From positions 2,760-66,759 of the forward strand of contig MGKI01000002.1 of the NCBI GenBank assembly GCA_001795615.1: DNA of 64,000 nucleotides, read 5' to 3'. Made by a program: the position numbers and the translations under genes. How positions within the stretch are numbered: the stretch's first letter is position 1; the number at the start of each line of letters is the position of its first letter. This document shows positions 58,225-64,000 of this stretch, piece after piece. Under the pieces are notes generated by a model. It worked only from the letters and a program-made list of their open reading frames with translations. It ran no database searches and had not been told where the DNA came from. Origin of the DNA: Candidatus Yanofskybacteria bacterium RIFCSPLOWO2_01_FULL_42_49 (GTDB lineage Bacteria; Patescibacteriota; Minisyncoccia; 2-02-FULL-40-12; GWA2-44-9).

Positions 58225-61092
58225 CTACTCAATATCTGAGCCAAGTACATACCCGTCTAATTCTGTCTGGTTAACCGGCGCAACCTCGTCCCACTTAAAT
58301 CCGTTTCTGGTAAAAGCGTCGACAGAAACAATCCATCTTTTGATATTGCCCTCGAGTTTGTAAATTTTTGCATCTCCTGGAATGTAAATTAGGATATTGT
58401 CGGGTATGGCGTCAAGCTCAAATTGTTTGACGGTTACAATATCTTCCCACTTATTGCCGTAAGATAAAAATATTTCTGCGGTAAGCATCCAGCGCTTCAT
58501 GCCCGATTCGGTGATGTAGTAAACTTTTGTATCATTGTCGGCTCTAAGCAATTTAGCGCGCATATATTGATCTGCCGTGCCGGCTGGCTTTACTTCCACT
58601 TTATTCCAATCAAGATTTAGATTTTGGAATACTTGGGGAGTGGGTATCCATTTAAGCTGACTATCGGGAGTTTGAACATAGATCTGGGGATCACCCTGGA
58701 AACGGATAATTTTAGTGACTGGGGTTGGTGTTGGGGTTGGTGTAGGTGTTGGAGCGGGAGTAGGGGTTGGAGGATTACCATTAATACTCATTAGCGTCGC
58801 CTTAAATAAGTTGTCAGGTATAAAATCGTTTAGAATTGATAACCCCGGTATAAATGTAAAATGCTGAGGAATATAGTTGTTAAGCGCTGTACCCCACCAG
58901 ATTAATCCTTGAAAGTCTTGGCTCCAATTATAATTAGCCATGGCTTGCAATTCATTTGGAGTAGGAGTCCTATGGCTGGGGTTATTAGTGTAAGCATAAT
59001 TATTAACAGCTTGGTGAACGAACCACCTATCCCTAATGCCCGCCAATTGAAATACGTCTTGATAATAAGATGCGTAAGTGGCGGGAACATTAATATCTGC
59101 TGGCTGGTTGTTGATTGGATAGTAATCTATGCTTACTATGTCTCCCCAATCGTATCCATTCATTTGATTTACGCTCAAACCAGGTGCCTCATTATACCAT
59201 ATATATTTATCGGGAAATCTAGTTTTGAACAGATTATATCCTTCTTGAAGCGAAACTTTGCTCCAAGCAACCCCGGTATTTCCTGCTTCTATGGGTGCAC
59301 CCGGCTCGTCTATTGTGTGTATGCCCAAAACACGGCTGGAATTAAAGCATGAAGCGATATCGTTTAAATACTGGGATTTGTAAGCTGTGGCTAACCCCTT
59401 TTCAAAAGGCACTATAGTTGCCCAAAATATATCGGTGTTATTACTATTAGCTTCGCTTATTCTCGCATTGCAGAAAGCATTTATTCTGGCGATATTTGAA
59501 GAATAATTGCCTGATCTGAAATTATTGCTATTGAAGTAATCGTAAAACAGCCAATCGAGGTTATACATAATCATCTTAGCTCCGAAGTCTTGTCTCAATG
59601 ATGGGATATCTTTTCTTTCTGCCCTTAGTGCTGATTCTGAAGTGGGGTTATACCGTGGACCCACCCAAAGGCCGGTCATCTTTGAGGGCAAGCGTTGAGT
59701 GTTTTTAACAAAAACTTTGCTCACTGTTTTCTTCGCGCCATTTTCGGCCGTCAAATTGTAAAGGGTGTCCGATTGAAAGTTTAACGAATAACTATTTCTA
59801 TTGGTCACATCGACATTGCCCGGGTTGAAAATAAGTTTTGCGGCTCCGGAAACTTCCCATGCCAGAACAACCGATTGCCCCGGGCTGGCCGTTGATAAGT
59901 TTGAAGAGAAAGCTTTGATTTCCGGAGGCGATACGCCGAATTGGATGGGCCTATTGTTTAAGACCCGGCTTGTGTCAGCCGTCTCTGCAATTATCGTCTT
60001 GTCCACTCCCCAATTCCCATTTTTTTGGCTGAACACTCCGGGAGAATTATAAATTAGAGAAACCCAATTTCCGTTCTGGGAATTATAGACCAAAATATCC
60101 GAGCGACTGTTGTTGTCAAAATCACTTATATAAACCTGCCAGTTCACATCCCAAACGCCTGAATAATACGCAAAATCTGTGCCGGAACCGTTATTAATGG
60201 CCTGAACCCAAATCCCGTTGGATTTTTTGTAAAAGAAAATATCCGCCTTATCATCACCATTAAAATCAGCAACACTTAAAGAATCCCAATCTCTGTCCAA
60301 GTTTGCAGAAAAAGGATAACTAAAATCACTACCGTTATTTATGGCAACGTAACCGGTAGGAGTATTTGCCGGCCCGTATAAAAGAATGTCCGACAATCCG
60401 TCCCCATTAAAATCAGCAGGATAAATCTGCCAGTTAGGAGACCACTGGGAATTTAACGGATAAGAAAAATCTGAATTTAAATTTCCGTCATTAATTACCC
60501 TATACCATGCTCCGTTGGTCGGATTGTAAAGAAATAAGTCATCGTAAGAATCACTATTTATCCTTGTCGGGTAAACTTGCCAATTTGCAGACCAATATCG
60601 GCTTTGAGCGCAAGAAAATCCATTTCCGATAACACTATTACATTTAGCCCAGACACCATTGGAAAAATTATAGAAAAAGACATCCGAGATTCCGTCGCCA
60701 TTCAAATTCATTATGTAGATATTCCAGTCCGTGCTGAAAGTTCCGGATTCACTATAAGTAAAATCATCGCTGCCATTATTTATGGCTTTGAACCACTGCC
60801 CGGTTGTTTTTTTGTATAAGAAAAAATCAGTCAAGTCGTCTCCGTTAAAATTGGCGGCTTGAACCGACCATTGAGGATCCCAAGAACCATTTTTTTCGCT
60901 GAATGTCCCGGAGCCATTATTAAATTTTATTGACCAAGAGCCAGTATTTTTGTCGTAGATAAAAATATCAGGGAAAATATCAGAAACTGCCTTGGCATTC
61001 CGGTCGAAATTACCTATTAAAAAAGTGGCGAGTGTTAAAATCACAATGAAACCAATCGTTACAAATCGCCATTGTTTATTTTTTTTATTCAT
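58225..61092 (-). CDS. Secreted/surface protein with FG-GAP/VCBS-like repeats, putative glycoside-hydrolase-like domain, PT linker and C-terminal repeats
   Basis: N-terminal TM/signal; repeated DFNGD..D motifs; IDEP and SIDYYPI; (PT)n; KVYYI..KRW repeats. Confidence 0.75.
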   Translation of the reverse strand: MNKKNKQWRFVTIGFIVILTLATFLIGNFDRNAKAVSDIFPDIFIYDKNTGSWSIKFNNGSGTFSEKNGSWDPQWSVQAANFNGDDLTDFFLYKKTTGQWFKAINNGSDDFTYSESGTFSTDWNIYIMNLNGDGISDVFFYNFSNGVWAKCNSVIGNGFSCAQSRYWSANWQVYPTRINSDSYDDLFLYNPTNGAWYRVINDGNLNSDFSYPLNSQWSPNWQIYPADFNGDGLSDILLYGPANTPTGYVAINNGSDFSYPFSANLDRDWDSLSVADFNGDDKADIFFYKKSNGIWVQAINNGSGTDFAYYSGVWDVNWQVYISDFDNNSRSDILVYNSQNGNWVSLIYNSPGVFSQKNGNWGVDKTIIAETADTSRVLNNRPIQFGVSPPEIKAFSSNLSTASPGQSVVLAWEVSGAAKLIFNPGNVDVTNRNSYSLNFQSDTLYNLTAENGAKKTVSKVFVKNTQRLPSKMTGLWVGPRYNPTSESALRAERKDIPSLRQDFGAKMIMYNLDWLFYDYFNSNNFRSGNYSSNIARINAFCNARISEANSNNTDIFWATIVPFEKGLATAYKSQYLNDIASCFNSSRVLGIHTIDEPGAPIEAGNTGVAWSKVSLQEGYNLFKTRFPDKYIWYNEAPGLSVNQMNGYDWGDIVSIDYYPINNQPADINVPATYASYYQDVFQLAGIRDRWFVHQAVNNYAYTNNPSHRTPTPNELQAMANYNWSQDFQGLIWWGTALNNYIPQHFTFIPGLSILNDFIPDNLFKATLMSINGNPPTPTPAPTPTPTPTPTPVTKIIRFQGDPQIYVQTPDSQLKWIPTPQVFQNLNLDWNKVEVKPAGTADQYMRAKLLRADNDTKVYYITESGMKRWMLTAEIFLSYGNKWEDIVTVKQFELDAIPDNILIYIPGDAKIYKLEGNIKRWIVSVDAFTRNGFKWDEVAPVNQTELDGYVLGSDIE

Positions 61093-61183
61093 GTTCTGAT
61101 TCTATCTTACCTCCCAATGTTCTAAGTTCAGTTAAAAATTTCTGCGCCTCTTCTGGCTTTGGCGGAATTCCGTGCCCCCACAC

Positions 61184-61435
61184 TTATAAACTACGCTTAA
61201 GTCGCTTTTTAAGCTGAAATAAAGCATTGGATCTTAGTTTTAAATTATGTTCTCTTGTTCTAGCGTCTTTTTCGTTATTGTAAGCTTCATAATAGATAAG
61301 TTCAAAAGGCTTTCTGTTTTTTGTGCTTACAACTTTCCCGTCATTATGCTCTGCCAATCTTCGTCTCAAGTCAGCGGTCGATCCCATGTATAATTTGGAA
61401 TCTTTTGAACTTCTTAATATGTAAACATAAAACAT
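61184..61435 (-). CDS. Small GIY-YIG nuclease
   Basis: MFYVYILRS..LYMGST.DLRRRL.EH...YYEAY..DARTRE. Confidence 0.92.
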   Translation of the reverse strand: MFYVYILRSSKDSKLYMGSTADLRRRLAEHNDGKVVSTKNRKPFELIYYEAYNNEKDARTREHNLKLRSNALFQLKKRLKRSL

Positions 61436-61454
61436 AAGTGTGGGGGCGTGCCAA

Positions 61455-62351
61455 TTATTGATGCTCGCTGGCAATTTTACCACCCAATGTCCGGAGTTCG
61501 TCAAGAAACTCTTTGCCCTGCTCTTTTGTTGGTGATATCCCATGCCAGCGAGCATCAAACTCCATTTCTTTTATACCCTTCCCCGGTATCGTATGTGCAA
61601 TTATGACTGTCGGCTTTTCATATACTGCCTTGGCCTCTTCAACGACATCGACAAATTGCTCTATATTGTGCCCGTCAACCTCCAAAACGTTCCAGCCGAA
61701 TGATTCGTATTTCGCCCTCAACGGCTCAAGAGGCATAATGTTCTCCGTCATACCGTCTATCTGTATATTATTGCGATCAATTACTGCCGTTAGATTGCTT
61801 AACTTGTTTTTCCCGGCAAACATTGCCGACTCCCAAGTCGCTCCTGACTCTTGTTCACCGTCGGACATAAAGCAATAAACTCGAAACTTTCCTCGCCCTT
61901 CCGAAGCTTTACGCGAAGGAGGGTTGCTATCCATCCTTGCCGCATAAGCATATCCTGCGGCTTGACCCAACCCCGAGCCCAGCGGTCCCGATGTTGTTTC
62001 AACTCCCGGCAGTCGTTCCCGTTCAGGATGACCTTGCAACCGTGAACCGAATTTTCTCAAAGTTTTCAATTCTTCGATCGGAAAATAGCCGGACATTGCC
62101 ATCAACACATAGCGGATCGGACAAATGTGGCCATTTGACAAAATAAGTCGATCCCTTTCTTCCCACATTGGATTTTTAGGATCGTGATTGAGAACATGAA
62201 AATACATAGCCATAAAAATATCGGCCATCCCCAACGGCCCTGCCGTGTGCCCCGACCCCGCTTCCGTAAGCATCTCAATTAAAAACTGGCGGGCCTCGTT
62301 GGCCTTTAGTTCTAACTCCTTAATCTTGTTTTCATGGATATACTGCGACAT
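61455..62351 (-). CDS. Transketolase N-terminal subunit
   Basis: GSGH, DRLILSNGH, LQGHP, SDGEQE. Confidence 0.93.
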   Translation of the reverse strand: MSQYIHENKIKELELKANEARQFLIEMLTEAGSGHTAGPLGMADIFMAMYFHVLNHDPKNPMWEERDRLILSNGHICPIRYVLMAMSGYFPIEELKTLRKFGSRLQGHPERERLPGVETTSGPLGSGLGQAAGYAYAARMDSNPPSRKASEGRGKFRVYCFMSDGEQESGATWESAMFAGKNKLSNLTAVIDRNNIQIDGMTENIMPLEPLRAKYESFGWNVLEVDGHNIEQFVDVVEEAKAVYEKPTVIIAHTIPGKGIKEMEFDARWHGISPTKEQGKEFLDELRTLGGKIASEHQ

Positions 62352-62692
62352 TATAATACTGAATATTTCCGGGCAATTAGGTTAAAAAACGGCAAAAAAT
62401 AATTTTCTAAGCCGGACAATGTGGTGCCGTATTCCTTTCCGTCCAGAACCCCGTCGCAAAAAACTTCTTTTAAACGACCAAGTTCCAACAAGCGTCCGCC
62501 CCGCCACTTTGGATCTTCAAGGGTCAGATCAAAAAGCTCCAGGGCCCTGGTTACGGCTCCATAGAATATTTTATCGTCTCTGCCCTGCCATTTTGCCGCT
62601 CGCCCGACTTCAGATCCGATATTAGCCATTTGCTCGGCTAACGGCATTTGACGCCATCTGCCTTCGGCTGCGTTTTTGTGAAGATAGTCCAC
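62351..62692 (-). CDS. Conserved hypothetical helical protein
   Basis: EQMANIGSEVGRA; start overlaps the upstream stop and stop overlaps the downstream start by 1 nt. Confidence 0.6.
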   Translation of the reverse strand: MDYLHKNAAEGRWRQMPLAEQMANIGSEVGRAAKWQGRDDKIFYGAVTRALELFDLTLEDPKWRGGRLLELGRLKEVFCDGVLDGKEYGTTLSGLENYFLPFFNLIARKYSVL

Positions 62693-63045
62693 TAGTCCAA
62701 AATTAATTTTCTTACAATTTTTTTAATTTTTTCCTGAATTTCTATGTTATCAACTCCTCGGGTTCGATTACCCAAAGCTGGTTTAAGATTTATAACCGAA
62801 TCATACTCTATCATATCATCTCCAAACTTATCCGGATATAAGTTAATCCCCCAAACATCCTCTGACCTTGACCCGCGTTGCTCATATAAAAAATTCAATT
62901 CATCCATATGAAACTCCCCACCTAGTACCATAGTCTCCTGCTCAATATCCACTGCCCCTTTAACTAAATCGCCGAATCTCTCTTCGGCAATTTTTTTTAA
63001 TTCCACTCTGGTTATAGGATTTTCGATTATATGCAGTTCGGACAT
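62692..63045 (-). CDS. DUF5674-like protein
   Basis: VKGAVDI, GGEFH.D, WGINLYP, SVINLKP..NR. Confidence 0.7.
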   Translation of the reverse strand: MSELHIIENPITRVELKKIAEERFGDLVKGAVDIEQETMVLGGEFHMDELNFLYEQRGSRSEDVWGINLYPDKFGDDMIEYDSVINLKPALGNRTRGVDNIEIQEKIKKIVRKLILD

Positions 63046-63093
63046 ATTTTTCTCAAAAACTTTGAAATTGTTTAGAAATTAGGATTTAGAAAT

Positions 63094-64000
63094 TTACATT
63101 AGTTCAGCAACCTTTAACACATGCTGAACTAATGTATTTGTGTATCCGAATTCATTGTCATACCAGGAATAGACCGAACAAAGATCACCGTCAACAACTT
63201 TGGTGAGCAATAAATCAGCAATCGCGGCATAAGGATCGCCTATAATATCGCTTGAAACAATCTGATCATCGGTCACCCTGAAAATCCCCTGCCAACGCGG
63301 TTGGTCTGCGGCATCGCGCAGTATTTTATTAATTTCTTCAATCGTAGTTGGTTTTTCGGAAACAAATGTAATTGAAGAAAGAGACCCCGTGATAATGGGC
63401 ACGCGCATTGAGGTGCCCTCGAATTTGTTTTCAACGGCCTTGACGGCCCTTCCTACCGCAACCGCTGCGCCCGTATATGAAGGGACAATATTCACTCCCC
63501 CGGCCCGGCCTCGTCTAAAATCATGGCCCCTAACCGGTCCATCGACTAAATTTTGAGTGGCAGTATAGCCATGAGTGGTATTCAAGAATGCTTTTTTAAC
63601 TCCAATAGTTTCAGAAAGAATTTGCAGTATCGGGGAAGCCGAGTTAGTGGTACAAGAACCGTTTGATGAAATGGTGCAGGTTTTAAGGTCATCGTCATTC
63701 ACGCCCATTAAAACTGTTTTTGTGTCGGCGGTGTCTGCGTCTTTTGCCGGCGCGGTCAGAACAACTCTTTTGGCCCCGGCCGTTTTGTGAGCCGAAATCT
63801 TGTCAAATGTTTCAAAAGCCCCGGTAGACTCCACGACTATATCAACCCCGAGTTCTTTCCAGGGAAGTTTTGCCAAGTCCTTTTCTTGAATAAACAGGTA
63901 TTCATTGCTATCGACAATCAGTTTGCCGTCACGAACAGAAACCTCTTTATTAAAACGACCGTAGGCCGAGTCATACTTTAACAGGTAGGCTAAATTCTCA
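63094..64000 (-). CDS. gap: Type I glyceraldehyde-3-phosphate dehydrogenase (5' end outside window)
   Basis: AYLLKYDS, VVESTG, SCTTN, WYDNE. Confidence 0.96.
   Translation of the reverse strand, partial: ENLAYLLKYDSAYGRFNKEVSVRDGKLIVDSNEYLFIQEKDLAKLPWKELGVDIVVESTGAFETFDKISAHKTAGAKRVVLTAPAKDADTADTKTVLMGVNDDDLKTCTISSNGSCTTNSASPILQILSETIGVKKAFLNTTHGYTATQNLVDGPVRGHDFRRGRAGGVNIVPSYTGAAVAVGRAVKAVENKFEGTSMRVPIITGSLSSITFVSEKPTTIEEINKILRDAADQPRWQGIFRVTDDQIVSSDIIGDPYAAIADLLLTKVVDGDLCSVYSWYDNEFGYTNTLVQHVLKVAELM

Overview
Bacterial chromosome segment with hallmarks of a Patescibacteria/CPR (Parcubacteria-like) genome. The str-S10-spc ribosomal protein superoperon (1-16.9 kb, minus strand) lacks rpmD (L30). 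The window also holds class II RNR, ftsAZ, ComEC, hisS, lepB, pth, an H+-PPase, split transketolase and gap. The clearest accessory system is a complete diversity-generating retroelement (31.5-37.3 kb): a DGR-type RT, an Avd-like gene lying antisense between TR and RT, a 120-nt TR on the + strand, and two paralogous target genes on the - strand whose VRs differ from TR at 14 and 17 adenines. The two targets flank a vWA-domain gene. A second pervasive signal is a set of ~30 intergenic spacers built from 7-8-nt tandem arrays, most followed by complementary arrays. In one case a stand-alone Avd-like four-helix-bundle gene sits between the two arms. Other observations: small palindromic repeats inserted in frame into housekeeping proteins, two covarying 272-nt structured elements, GIY-YIG genes bracketed by repeats (one inside a rearranged tRNA-Ile locus), and a compact thiolase/HAD/ECH-ACAD acyl-CoA cluster unexpected for CPR. 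All calls are by eye; no database searches were run.
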